Assembly: GCA_012026655.1 (NCBI GenBank)
Contig: JAAILG010000294.1
Span: 1-64,000, forward strand
Direction: 5' to 3'
DNA: 64,000 nt
From: Hydrolagus affinis
Taxonomy: Eukaryota
A model generated the notes under the pieces. The model ran no database searches. It was given only the letters and a program-made list of their open reading frames with translations, and was not told the origin of the DNA. The first letter of the stretch is position 1, and every line of letters begins with the position of its first letter. Below, in pieces: positions 1-12,700 of this stretch. The translations under genes and the position numbers were made by a program.

Positions 1-2926
1 GCCTGCGTTGCTGTTGCTGACTGCTATCCGCATACCCTTTGCATGAAATTCTGGGTGGATGTGGATGAGATCCTCTATACGTCTCCCTGATTGAAGACCC
101 ACACACAAAGCTCAATATGAATATTGGCCTCTTGACTGAGGTGTCCGCAGAACTGTTCCCCAGTAAAATAAAGCAATCAAACAGCATTGAGTGGGGGCGT
201 ATAAGTAAAATGTTAGAACCTTTCCATGATTAGCAGAAACGTGGAAGTTCACAACTATTTTAATTGATTTTTAAGAGAAAAAAAACACCTACGTATTTCA
301 AATGTAAGGAAGCTAAAGTGTTAGCAAATGTTTGTGGATGTGAAATGAGAGAGAAATGGACATTGCTCACAAAGCGGTTTCTTTCTGTACTGTTTTCACA
401 TTGTCCCGTTAGTAAACACAGCTGTTTCCTACTGTTTGCTAGCTCCTGAGCCTTCATTCATGCCTTTTCCCCTCCATGAAGTGAGCTGCCTATAACTGTT
501 TGATTGAGGACTGGATATATTTTTTAATTTTTAAAACCTGCCCATTTACTCTCACATCAACTCTGTCAAAACATTGGTCCGCAGAATTATTCCTTTCTTA
601 AATCACAGTCATCTTGAAATTAACTACAGCGATTTGTTTTGAATGATTGAACTTGATGTGCTGCTGGAGATGTCTTAAATATTCATTCTGTACATGTGTG
701 CTTGCAATTCAGTGCCCTCACCTCTTACACCGCTAATATCAGTGGCTGTCAGACTCGGTGTCGCTGTTTGACTGATTGGCATGCCGACAATTCTCCAAAT
801 GTGCTTTGACGTTGGCATTTTGTGTTGTTCCTCAATTGCTCCCAGGACCTGCCCGTGTTACACAGTTCAAACATGTCCTCTTCAGTCACAAAGTTTGGAA
901 GCATCAAGCCAAGAATTGTGTTGTTAGGCGATGGTCAATTCAATTGGAAGGAGTGTGAAAAATGTTCTGAACAAGCATTGTGTTGTTCCTTACTGATATC
1001 ATTTATTATATAATAATAAACAATATATTTGATATATATTTGTTATTATTAATTACTCTAGTGTGGAAACAGTGACCTTGTGTAAAACAGTTCCCCGGAT
1101 CTGACATTCCACCGAGGCTTTGAGGACCATTTAATCTTAAAATTTAAGACTGAGCAGAATTTTTAAAAAACATTTTAAAAATTCAGTGTTCATTTGAAAG
1201 TCTTCTTTTTAACATTTTTCCACATCAAGTTCGTTACTGGACTGCACATATCCATCTTTCATATAATTTTAATTAGCACAATAATGGTGCGTAAAATTTG
1301 GTTTGTTATTTAATTCACATTAGCACCGGGGAAAATTGCAAACATCAACCGAAGGTTTGATTTGGTCCATTTTGTTAGTGCCATGCATCTAACAGTCTTA
1401 TTTTTATGCCTGCTTCTGTAATATGTACGTGTTTCTCTTGAAAAGAGAAGCACTTTCAGTGCATTTCTTTATCATCTTCCCCATAATAGACCGACTTAAT
1501 AGACCAAACCACTTAATTTTCCCTGAACTTCATCATGTAAGCTTTCATTGAAGTAAAAGTGCAATCTTGTCTTTCTCGTCTGAGCAAGAGATTGTTGGTT
1601 TACAAATCTGCTTTTGCAGATATTATAATATTTCTGAACATGGGCATATTAAGTTCATGAAATTACTGTATTTAGTGGCACCTATTCTGCATGTGTTTGT
1701 ACTGAGTTTATCCATGGACAGTTTGGGTTGTCTAGTGTATCATAACAACAACAACTTGCAATTATACTGTGCGCTTGATGCAGAATCCTTACTAATCCTG
1801 TAAGGATTAGTGGAGGAGGATTGGTGAAGGACTAGATTGTAAATGTGGCACAAATTAGTGCAAAGTTGGATGCTGTCTTGTCAAACTTGTCTTAGTATCT
1901 GACCCTATAGGTGATCTTCAGTTTGCACCCATTTGAGACCTAAAATAGTAACGCTCAAATCATTGTTAGTTATGCTTTGATGAAAACATAAATAGTGGTG
2001 TTAATTCAGTGCTCGGTGGTAGATCACTGTGGAAGATTGTGAGCCATGCAATTAACCACAGTGTTTTGATTTCTATATCCTGACGGTTTCATATGTCAGG
2101 GGATGTGTTGTCATTCTGAGCAATAACCATCAGCCTCGGAAATGGTAATGGAAATTGGATTATAAAATTGCTCATATCTATCTGTTCACTGCTCCCATGT
2201 TAGTTAAGATTGTATTATATATGAATTATACAACAGTCTAACTAGCCTAAACTGATAATAGCTTCTTTACTGGACACATTTTTCCCAGGTGAATTTATGC
2301 AAACTAGATAGAGGCAGTTTAGAGTTCAGTGATGTTGAACTACTATTTATATTTTTGACTTGCACAAGTGAAGAGTATTGGCATTGTCAGAGCAAGGCTT
2401 CTTTTCTATTATGCAATATTAAATATTAACAATGGAGTGAAAAAAAATCGTTGCAAAAGGTTTCTATTAACAGTTTTCCGACTCTGGATGTTATCTTGCA
2501 GAATTATAATAAATTTAGAATCCGTACATTTGACACAGCGCCTTTCACATGTTGCGAGGATTTCTCAAAGTGCTTCACAGGATGTTGTGCAGAGTGTAGT
2601 GGCTATATTTTGTTGGCGAACATAAAAATTGTGAAATATAAATCATAGTGTTATCTGCCCCTCATCTCATTTGCTTCCTCAGTGCACACACAGAATGCCT
2701 GATATGGGTTGTCATCTGCAGTTTTGTTGCGTTCACGTGTTGTCAAGTCCCTGGAGACAAATCCACAGCTCAAAATTCAGCTGATCCCTACTCTTTCCCC
2801 CCTCCAACCCCCCCACCCACCCAGATATAATAGTGCTCAATTCTGAGAGAGAATAGTTTGGCATTCTTAATTTTACTTTTGGACATGTAGACATGTTCTT
2901 TTGTCTTGCTAACTGTTAAACTGAAA

Positions 2927-3246
2927 GTGTCCTGTAGCTCAGTGTTTAGAGCACTTGTCTTACAAGCGTGAGACCTGTGTTCGAATCCAGGCAGGTCAAG
3001 GCAAAACCTTGGGAAAGTTTCCTTACTCCACACGCCTAATAATAATTCCCCCCAAAAAACAATTAAAAATTGCATATGTCAATCTACGACTTTTTGTGGG
3101 GATGTTGCTGAGCGCAATTGGCTGCCGCGTTTCGCCCATAAATATACGGTCAATTCACATTACTGTATATTCTGTGAAGCGCTTTGAGATGTCTAGAAGA
3201 CGTGAAAAGCGCTATATGAAAATGCAAGTATTGTTCATTATTATTT
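2927..3246 (+). mobile_element. Full-length tRNA-derived SINE with L2-type 3' tail
   Basis: Pol III A box TAGCTCAGTG (2935) and B box GTTCGAATCC (2979); body gcgcaattggctgccgcg recurs many times in the window; tail aagcgctttgaga...aaagcgctat...(ATT)n. Confidence 0.85.
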
Positions 3247-3321
3247 GTGAGCAATGGTGTGAGAATGTATTGGTAACTTGAGGGAGGTTACAGATCCATG
3301 AAAGTACACCTAGCGAGTGAG

Positions 3322-3386
3322 GTTAAAGCGCTTTGGGACATCCTTCCTACGTGAAAGGCACTCTACAAATGTTGTTGTTGTTGTTG
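3322..3386 (+). mobile_element. Isolated L2/SINE 3' tail with (GTT)n end
   Basis: aagcgctttgggacatcc...gtgaaaggcac...gttgttgtt. Similar short copies at about 5215, 11420(-), 16105(-), 20744, 23315, 25948, 28640, 37965, 40430(-), 56290 and 59837. Confidence 0.65.
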
Positions 3387-3458
3387 AAGATTGATATCCG
3401 CTAAGTGTTGTTGTGTGTAGCCAGGACAAAATGCAGACAAAATGTCTTCTTGTTTCAG

Positions 3459-3705
3459 GTGGCACAGAGCATCGAGGACCATCACCAGGAAGTGATTGCC
3501 TTTTGCAGAGAGAACGGTTTCCACGGTCTGGTTGCTTATGACTCGGATTACGCACTGTGTAATATCCAGTACTATTTCAGCGCCCATGCCCTTAAACTGA
3601 GCCGCAATGGCAAAAGCCTCACTACCAGCCAATACCTGATGCACGAAGTTGCCAAGCAACTAGACCTGAATCCGAGTCGCTTTGTTATCTTTGCTGCACT
3701 CTTAG
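3459..3705 (+). CDS. FAM120A: FAM120A exon 2 (PIN/XPG-like region, DSDY motif)
   Basis: tttcag|GTG...TTAG|gtgggt, 247 nt; VAQSIEDHHQEVIAFCRENGFHGLVAYDSDYALC...FAALLG. Confidence 0.96.
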
Positions 3706-6700
3706 GTGGGTGAACACTTTTCAGATTGTGTATTTTCAAAAGCTCGGTCTAGGTGAAAGGCGATGACTGTTATTCCTGGAAAGATATGAAGTGATTGTTG
3801 GTCTTTCATCTCAGTGAATGCCCACGTTACCACGATTTTTTTTTCATAGTCCTCTTTCCTTCCCAGCTCTGTTGTTCCTTGTCCTCTGCCATTCAACCTC
3901 AGAGAGAAAGAGAGAGAAGTTGGGTGCTGCCAATGTCAATGGTGCAGCTGCAAATGAAGTGTGTGTGTCTGGCCATGGCTTCAGACTTTTTGTCATTCCC
4001 TCTAAGGGCCTCCCAAGGCTGCTTTCCAAGATTGGGATCTCACATTGTAGAGAACAGCATTCGTCTCTTACCCTCTTGTGTGCTAATTCGTTTCCATTCC
4101 ATTTTGTTTCTCACGTACCTGGGTGTATAGCACACACAGCCAGGTCCCGAATTTGCAGCCTTTTTTCAAAAAGGAGAGGCGAAGGAAGAGGTTTTAGGAA
4201 ATTAGAAAAATTTAACTTGCCATTATTCCCCAAAGTCTCGGTGAAAGATCCCATTAGCGTGCAGCTTCTCTCCAGTATAAATTTCTCGTTCTCTGAGACA
4301 GTTAATTTTAGACTCATTTACTCTTTTCTATGTACTTTCAGTCCAAGTTAAATAACACATTTGCCCCTATTGTGTTTATACCTGTCAGCTACTTAAAGAT
4401 CTGGATTATATCCCTTCTTAACCTTTTCTCCAATGAAAATTGCTTCAGCTGTGTGTGCTTTCCTAATTTAGATTCCTAGATCCCTTGACTCTCCTTTTTA
4501 GTGCTCAACTCTTCAGTCATCTCCTATGGATATATGCGTGTATGGCCTTTGAAGAGAGCATCCTAAATTGTACTCAGCATTTGAAATGTTGCCTCACCTG
4601 TGATTTGTACAGGATTGCAGCAACTTGTTCAGATTAGAGTCAAATACTCTAGGGATGGATCCCAGTAATTTGTGAACATTGTTTTACGTGGACTGAAAAC
4701 TGATCAATGAATGTCCCAGGATGGATTTTTAATTTGTTTATTTTTAACGTAGGCAACCATATACTACCTGATGAAGATCTGGCGGCCTTTCACTGGAGTT
4801 TACTTGGTCCAGATCATCCTCTAGCCTCACTAAAGGTACAAATAACTTTTTTTCCCCCAAAAGTAGCAGATTGTTGCTTCTTAATATGCGCAGTTTATTA
4901 AAAGCCTCATTCCGTGACTGGGATGATGCAATTTATAGATCGAGTGTGAAGTGTCATAGACTTGTGTGATACTTTTTAGTCTATTTCTTTCTCGAAAGTT
5001 ACGCTCAAAATAATGTAAGCAAGTCCATTTTATGTAGCAAGTAGATAGCTTCTCTTCCACCTCCTTTGGAATTCTACTCCTTCACTTGGCCAGAGAGCAG
5101 ATGAGCCTATCTACTGCGCCGCCTATGGTTTGTTGCAAATTTGATGGCTTCTGTGATTTTTTCTGGGTGGGGGGAGGGGGAAGAAATGAAGGTTATTCAT
5201 TTACAAGATACACGTTCTGTGAAGCGCTTTGAGACATCTCAACAATGTGATAAGGCACCTTGATGCGTTTACTGTTCCAAAGTAGAGGGAGCTCTGCTCA
5301 TGAGCCAAACCTTGGGTTAATTTTTCATATTGCATTTACTTAATAAGATGGAGCCTGGTTGTTAAAATGGAGGCTAAATCAATTGGTTCTCTGTGCATTT
5401 ATACAATGATGTCACCCTTGCTGAATTGTGGGCATCTGCCAAGCACTGAGCTTGCTAGGCCTGATTCCTGGGCACATCACTTTGTGATTAGGCCTCAAAG
5501 AGAGGAATTTTACAAGGGTCTTTTACAGGTTGAATCCACATGGAGAGAAAGAAAGCAGAATGTTGTGTAAATGTGTTGGCTCCTCTTCCTCCAGGTACGT
5601 GCACACCAGCTTGTCCTGCCTCCCTGCGATGTGGTTATAAAAGCGGTTGCAGAATATGTCCGTAACATTAAGGAAATTGATGATTTGGATGCCGTGGCGA
5701 AAGATGTTTTTAAACAATCCCAGGTAGGTGAGCGACTGACTGGATCCAAAGCCTCTATTGCTGTGCGCACAGGAAGCTTTGCATTCCTAAATTATTAAAA
5801 TCGTTCCTGAAATAATGTTCAGTAATGTTCAACATCATGAATGAAACGCCCTCCTCTTTAAATTTGCACTGTACAATTTTCTACAGCTGTGCTTTTTAAA
5901 TGGGACAGCATGAATTTGTGTGCATAAAAAGCTCTGAATTATGATGACTTTTATGAATGTGGTGTTATCTGTTTTCAGTCTAGGACAGAACATAAAATTG
6001 AACGATTCAAGAGGGCAGTTGAATATTACTCCGTTGCTAGCAAACCTCCATTATTTCAGCATGGTCCCACTCCTTTCCCAGGTACATACTAGGAAGTTTG
6101 AATAAATGTTCGGTTTCTGCAATCGGGAGGTTATGCGCCTAAAGGTTTGTAGTTTGTTTGACCTCGGTAATTTTATTTGAGCTCTCTGAAAACGATTCTC
6201 TGATGAGCAGTGGTTTTCTTGTCAAAGTGTACAGAAATCAGGTTTGATGTTGCATTAAGGTTTCCTGTTCCTGTGTGCAATTTACTATTTTTTTGCTCCA
6301 GTTTCAAGAACCATTGGTGTTATCAAATTCAAAGGAGTGGCTGTGGTTCTATTGAGAGTCTTAAAAGGATCTCTTACTTGGCAGAACGCATTGCCATGCA
6401 CAGGATGTGAGTGCACAATTGAGCATAACCTCTTTGTGCCTCCGTAGCTACGGATGATCTTTTAGCTCCGTGCCAGCACCCGTGTGCATGCAGCGAGGCC
6501 TGTGTATAAAGAGAGTTTAAACAATTGCTTTCGCTTGTATTTGCGAGCAGTGACAATGTGGACTGTCGCATGCAGTCTTAGGAATTACAGCACAGAAGGA
6601 GATCTATTCAGCTCATCAAGGCTAGGCTTGTGCAAGTTCTTCCATTCTTACTCTGTTTCTGGCGCCCTTCAATATACCTCCTACTCAAGGACTTATCCGC

Positions 6701-9700
6701 TTCCGTTTTATGTGTTTTGGCCTCGAGTTCGATTGCGGTTCATGCAAGCCTTCGGTGCAAATGGGGTACTCATCCTGGAAGGTGTTTTGTACCTTCGGTT
6801 TGTTTTCTTTCCCTTTTTAAGGCTTCTGATAACGTGTGTGTCTTACCCCTCTGCTTTTTAAGGAATGAGGCCGAATCCATTTGGAGTGCCTGGAATGGTT
6901 CCGCCGTTTCCACATCCACAGATGCTTAACATTCCACAATCCCATCCCCATCTTCAGGCGAAGCCTACGGTGAGTTTGACTGACCTGACCTGAACAACGC
7001 TTTTCGATGTGAATCGGTCAATGCAACAATTGGCTCGTTCACCTAAAGATCCTCGACAATTCAGTAAAAATGACAATCACAGTTGCTGAAGGGTATGGGT
7101 GCGGGCGGAGATTCTCGTCTCCACAAACCACTTGTCATTGGATCAGCCACTAGATCTAATCAACAGTTCTTATGCCAGTTCTTGGAGTTGCCCACAATTG
7201 AGCAAGTCGGTCAGTGAAGGTGGTTTACAAACATTACCTTCCGCCACAATCCAGCTTCATAGGAAACAAAGCTGAGATTGGTCATGTAATATAAAGGGAC
7301 AGAAAGAGCAAGCGTAGGTAAATACCAGGAGAATAAATAACAAGAGAATGTTTGTAATGTCGCTGAAGGGATCCTTCTATATTAAGTATTTGTTTCAGGT
7401 TTCTTCCAACCAGCAATTTCAGAATAATAATTATATGGAACAAGGCAAAGCTGCTATGGAAAGGAGAAGTGGATTATTCCAAACAATTATTCCAATTTTT
7501 GGGTTATTCCAATTAGTATTGTTCCTGTAATTATACTAAAAACATAATGAATGTGGTTATTTGATGCCGTTGTTTGTTTGTCATGTCAGGGTCAACAGAT
7601 CCCCGTTCAGGCTGCCAATTCAGGACAGACTACTTCAGACATGTACACACCCAGCAAAGATCCACCTTCATCCTTAGGTACATTCGAGACTGCCCTGTCT
7701 GATCCCAGCCTTGCCCTGGAATCCAACAACAGTTACAGCAACATTCCTCATGAAGGGAAGCACACGCCACTGTATGAACGCTCCTCACCAAATATCCCTG
7801 CAGCTACCACCGGCAGCCCTAACAATTGTAGTGTGGAGCCTCCCTTCTTCCCCACCTCCTCAACATCTTCCTCATCTGACAATGAGGAAAATAGCAGCGG
7901 GACTGTGAAGTAAGTATTCAACCCCTACAGTTTTATTTTTGGCGGGGTGGGGGGTGGATTGACGGGGTCTGACGCACACGGAAACCCATCACCGTTGTTT
8001 ATGCGTCCCCAAACCAAGCTGAGAATTCCATAAATCACAGCTACCCGTGGACATTCCAGAGATAGGTTGTTGGAATGGAATGTGCAATCTCTTCCCCGGA
8101 GGGGCGCATTCCTGCTTACCTGATTCTGGAAAGTATTAAGGCGTAGGTAGACAAGAGCCAGGGGAACCCAGAGAGTGCTTTGGGGGTAACTACTGGAGTC
8201 TTAACGGGCGGCTAAAAACGCTTAACTTGCCATTGATATTGCTGTCTGGCAAGCTTTCAATAATTATTGATCAATAACTGACCAAGAAAGGGTCAACCCT
8301 TTCCGAGCAAGGCAGTGTTACAAGATTAGATCAGTTGTGAGCACTCTTACTGGGTCAGAATGGTATGAATTCAAGCTGATGTGTTCAGCTGCTAGATTGT
8401 GTTGGCACTCCCAATACATTACTGAGGGAGGTTTTCATTGTTGAAGGTATGGTCCTTTGAATGAGATATTAAACTGTTGGCTTCCTTTGTGATTTTCAAC
8501 GGGTTAAAAATACTTTGGTCCTTCTTACTTTCAAGCCGAAATCCTTAGAATAACCGTCAGCAGCCAATGTCAAGTCAAAATGCTGGCAGATAGAAGGGTT
8601 TGTCAAAGATTTCAATGTTCAAAGGTGAAATCTTCATGGAAGCCAGCTGTTTTGATGAAAATGAATGTTGAAATGTGGAACCTGCTTCGAAAAGCAAATT
8701 CCATGTATTTTTTAATTTGGTGAGCGGAATGCTCCCTTCTGTCTAGTTATTCGTCCGTGATGTTTCTTGAATAGATTGCTCCTGTTGAGTAGAGGTAAGA
8801 TGAATTGGTGAAACATGATTCCTTTGCATCTTCCAGCCATGTCAGTGAAAAGCCACATCAGGTCGGACCCATGCCAGCTTGGGAGAAGCCTGGAAACCCG
8901 TCAGAAATGGTGGAAAACGCAGCTGAGGGAGGCCAGAAAACCGGCCCCTGCTTTCGCAATGAAACAAAGGTATTGTATAAATATTCAAGGCACGATCGCT
9001 CTGCTGAGAGCCTTCCCAGTCTCTGATTGTTCCACTTTTCCCTTTTCCTCCTGAAGGCCCTGGTAATGTTCCAGACCTCTCGTACCTCACCCTAGTGCAC
9101 CCATTCTTCATGTGGGAACCCAGAGTGTGAGTGTCGGCAGTTGGTTTGACTCACTGTTCTTGCCTGATATCTATGTATTTATATGTATAATAAATGCTTA
9201 TTTTCTACTAGGTTTACAGGGAATAGGGAAAAAATAGCAGGAACAAAAAAACAAATCTTTCTCTTTCATCCCATGGATCCCTGTTAGTTCTTCAGTTCTT
9301 CCAACCGCTGCTTCACTCAAGATAGGCGGCACAGACTATAACCAGATTAGTATCTGAGGCTCAGTGCTACACTGACCAGTGCCTTCATGCATTTGGTCAC
9401 CTATCGAGGGAGCCGATAGGTCTTAGGCGTAACCAAGGATATGCTTCCTGGAAAATATCATCGCAACAGTATCATTAAAAAAAACCTGTGTGTAGGATGA
9501 GCAGCAAAATGAATAATTTATTTTGTCTTTTCATATGCAAATAAATAAAGAATAGACAGCTTTGAAATCATGCACAAAATGTGCGTGTATTCTATGGGTT
9601 TTCATCCTTCGGAGCAATTCCTTAGCTACCTGATTTCCTGACACCCAAAGCCAATACCCTGGGTTGATCCTGTTTGTCGTCCTACCGTGTGAAGCGGTTG

Positions 9701-12700
9701 AACAATTTCCACTACAGGGTGAATTAAGTGTTTTTCGACCTTTAATCGGTTTGTGAAATGACCTTTCACATCAGTTGGTATTTTTTTTTGCAGACGGAGG
9801 TTCCCCCCAGCACTCCAGGAAACCAACCGGATCCCAAAACCTGCCCTGCTCCTCTTGAGAGTAGAGTCAACCCGATCAAAAATGTGCAGATCCCATCTCT
9901 TCTGTCAATGCCTACAAGGAACCACATGGACATCACTGTCCCACCTGTGCCAATAGTAGCTCCAGAGGTCCTAAGAGTTGCTGAGCATCGACACAGGAAG
10001 GGGTTAATGTACCCTTATGTCTATCAGGTTATTACAAAGGTGAGCTCAAATTACAATTATTATGGGTCACTCCTTGGAACAACGGAAAACAGGCTTCCAA
10101 ATAAACAAACGGCAAAAACACAAGAGAAAAAATATGGCAGATGCTGGAAATCTGAAATAAAAACAGAAGTAACTTGAAACACTCAGCAGGTCAGGCAGCA
10201 TCTATGGAGAGAGGAGAGTGAGTTAATGTTTCAGTTAATAGTCTTGAGTATTTCCAGCGACTTCTGTTTTTTTTGTCTTCCAAATAAGAATTGAATTGAA
10301 GAATTTTCCATAATTCTGTGCAATTTTATGACTGAAATGTCTCACCACTATTATTATTGTTAAACACTTGCCTCCCAATACTAATGCATTGTGGCAGTGT
10401 TGGCTTACAGCGAAATATCTTCGATAATGGTATGCTGAATAGGAATGGTGGGTTCAAATGTTCCTATTAAGTAGCTTTTCCTGACAATTTTTTGATAAAG
10501 GGATACTTGAACAGTTTTGTTTTGGGATAATCGTGAAGTAATTTAAAATAATTTACATTTCATTATCTAATTAGTCCGCTGTGTGTCTCATACATCAATG
10601 AATACTGTCCATGTATTAGTAACGATAGAATATTAAGTACGGTACTTGTTGTTTTAATCAGGAACAGTGGCATGTTGTTGAACCTTTTGATTCCATATGT
10701 TCAGGTAAAGATCTAATGAGGAACGCTTTTTTTGTTTAATTTTAGGGTGAAATTAAGATTTCCGTTAGCATTGAAGATGAAGCCAATAAAGATTTACCTC
10801 CTGCTGCTTTGCTATACAGACCTTTACGCCAGTGTGTTTATGGCATCCTCTTTAGCTTGGCTGAGGCCAGGAAAAAAGCTGAAAGGCTTGCACTAAGAAA
10901 AAATAGACCCCTGCTCGAACGTAAGTTAACTTTTTTGATGGACGCTGAATTGACAAGATACACACAATTATTGAGGTTAGATCCAGTACAGTGATCTGGT
11001 AACATTTGTTTTTTTCCCCCCAAAAAAATACAAATTTTAAGAGCACAAATTGCGGAGTTGTGGCTCGGTCGATTGAATTCTCGCCTCTGGGTCAGAAGGT
11101 TATGAGTTTAAGCAGCTCGTGCTTGAGTCCACAGTCTAGGCAGAGAGTACTAAAAGTACAAAATAACTGGATGCACATTCACAAGTTCATAGTAGTTGAA
11201 GCACGGAAACAAAATTATGTTTCTAGTCTGTGAGTAGCCCTGTTTTGCACAGTTTTGTACTTGGCTGTTTTGAGGAATATACTGTTTTTCAGTGTGAATC
11301 CCAACACTAAAAGTCCCAAATCATTTTCGACGTAATTTTAAGCACAAGAGTTTGGAGTTGATTTCTACTCTCTCTTTCAAATAGCTTTTGTGATCCTGTG
11401 AAGTGAAAATAAAAAAACAACAGCAAACAACAAAATTACATTTGTAAAATGCCTTTCACGTCGGGAGGACGTCCAAAGGCAGTGCCTGGGAAATCAAAAC
11501 CATAAGAATTGTCGTGTTCACTCAATTTCCTTTTACTTCGCAGTTCCCCCAGTTTTAGTTAAGGAGTGGGCTGCTTACAAGGGAAAATCTCCTCAGACTC
11601 CTGAACTGGTAGAAGCACTCGCCTTTAGAGAGTGGACGTGTCCCAACTTAAAGAAGTTATGGCTGGGTAAAGCCGTGGAAGATAAAAACAGGAGGATGAG
11701 GGCATTTTTGGCCTGTGTGAGGTCTGATACGCCAGCCATGCTTAACCCCTCTAATGTCCCAACACACCTTCTGGTGCTTTGCTGTGTATTACGGTAAGTA
11801 CTGTGTGTCTCAGAGAGCAAGGTCCACAGGATAATAATAATAATCCTTGCGTTTGATGTAGCGCTTTTCACGTCTTCTAAATGTCTCAAAGCGCTTCCAA
11901 GAATCTACTGTAAAGTGAGTTGACTGTATATTTGTGGGGCGACACGCGGCAGCCAATTGCGCACAGCAGCGTCCACACAAACAGTTGTGGATTCAGTGAT
12001 CATTTTGATATAATATATATATTTAGCTATACGGCTATTTGGTATACTGCTATAGAAATGTATAGGACCAGAAAGATCCACTCCAAACCAATCAGTTCCA
12101 AAATAAGATTGATTTTTTTTTAATCTTTTAAATTTCTACGCTACTCTTGTCTTTCACACCCTCCGATTTTTTTTTGAAAAGCTGCTTTTTATCCAGCTGC
12201 TTTGGTTAATTCCTGAATTTTTAAGAAAATTAAGAGTTAAGTGTGTAGTCTGCACAATACGTTCTTTGCAGATTACTGTCTACTCTGAGGGGATATTTTT
12301 AGTACAGTTTATCTTGTGTTGTTTCCACTGTTTTGTGTACTCTGGGTGATTTGGGTGGTATTTTGTGCAATTTTGGGTGGCTCATCGCTAAATGCAGACT
12401 GATGTGTAAAGAGTTGAGAAAAGAAGGGCCAGAATTATGATACTGTCAATTAGGGTTCTGCATTGTGAATGGAGACTTGCAGAATTAATCCTATTTTCAT
12501 TGGGGAGAAGATTTTACCCACAAAATATAGTTATTCACTTTACCGTACATTTTGTGAAGCGTTTTGAAACGTCTAGAAGACGTGTTAAGGCAATAGATAA
12601 AATGCAAGGATTATTTGATTATTATTTTATAAAATGGTGGGTGGGGAGCGGAGGGAGTGTAGATGATGTGGACGTAAGCAGGCTATCTAATGACATGTTT

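Noticed and set aside
2927-3000. tRNA-like sequence with A and B boxes (also about 27140-27214, 31465-31535, 50290-50364, 11055-11120)
   Set aside because: Each continues into a SINE body or is degenerate; these are SINE heads, not tRNA genes.
3818-4351. 177-aa ORF in FAM120A intron 2
   Set aside because: No recognisable domain and no compatible splice sites; composition typical of a chance intronic ORF.
7399-7530. In-phase acceptor and open frame (VSSNQQFQNNNYMEQ...) in FAM120A intron 6
   Set aside because: The acceptor is plausible, but there is no convincing donor before the TAA at 7528-7530; exons 6 and 7 already join in frame.
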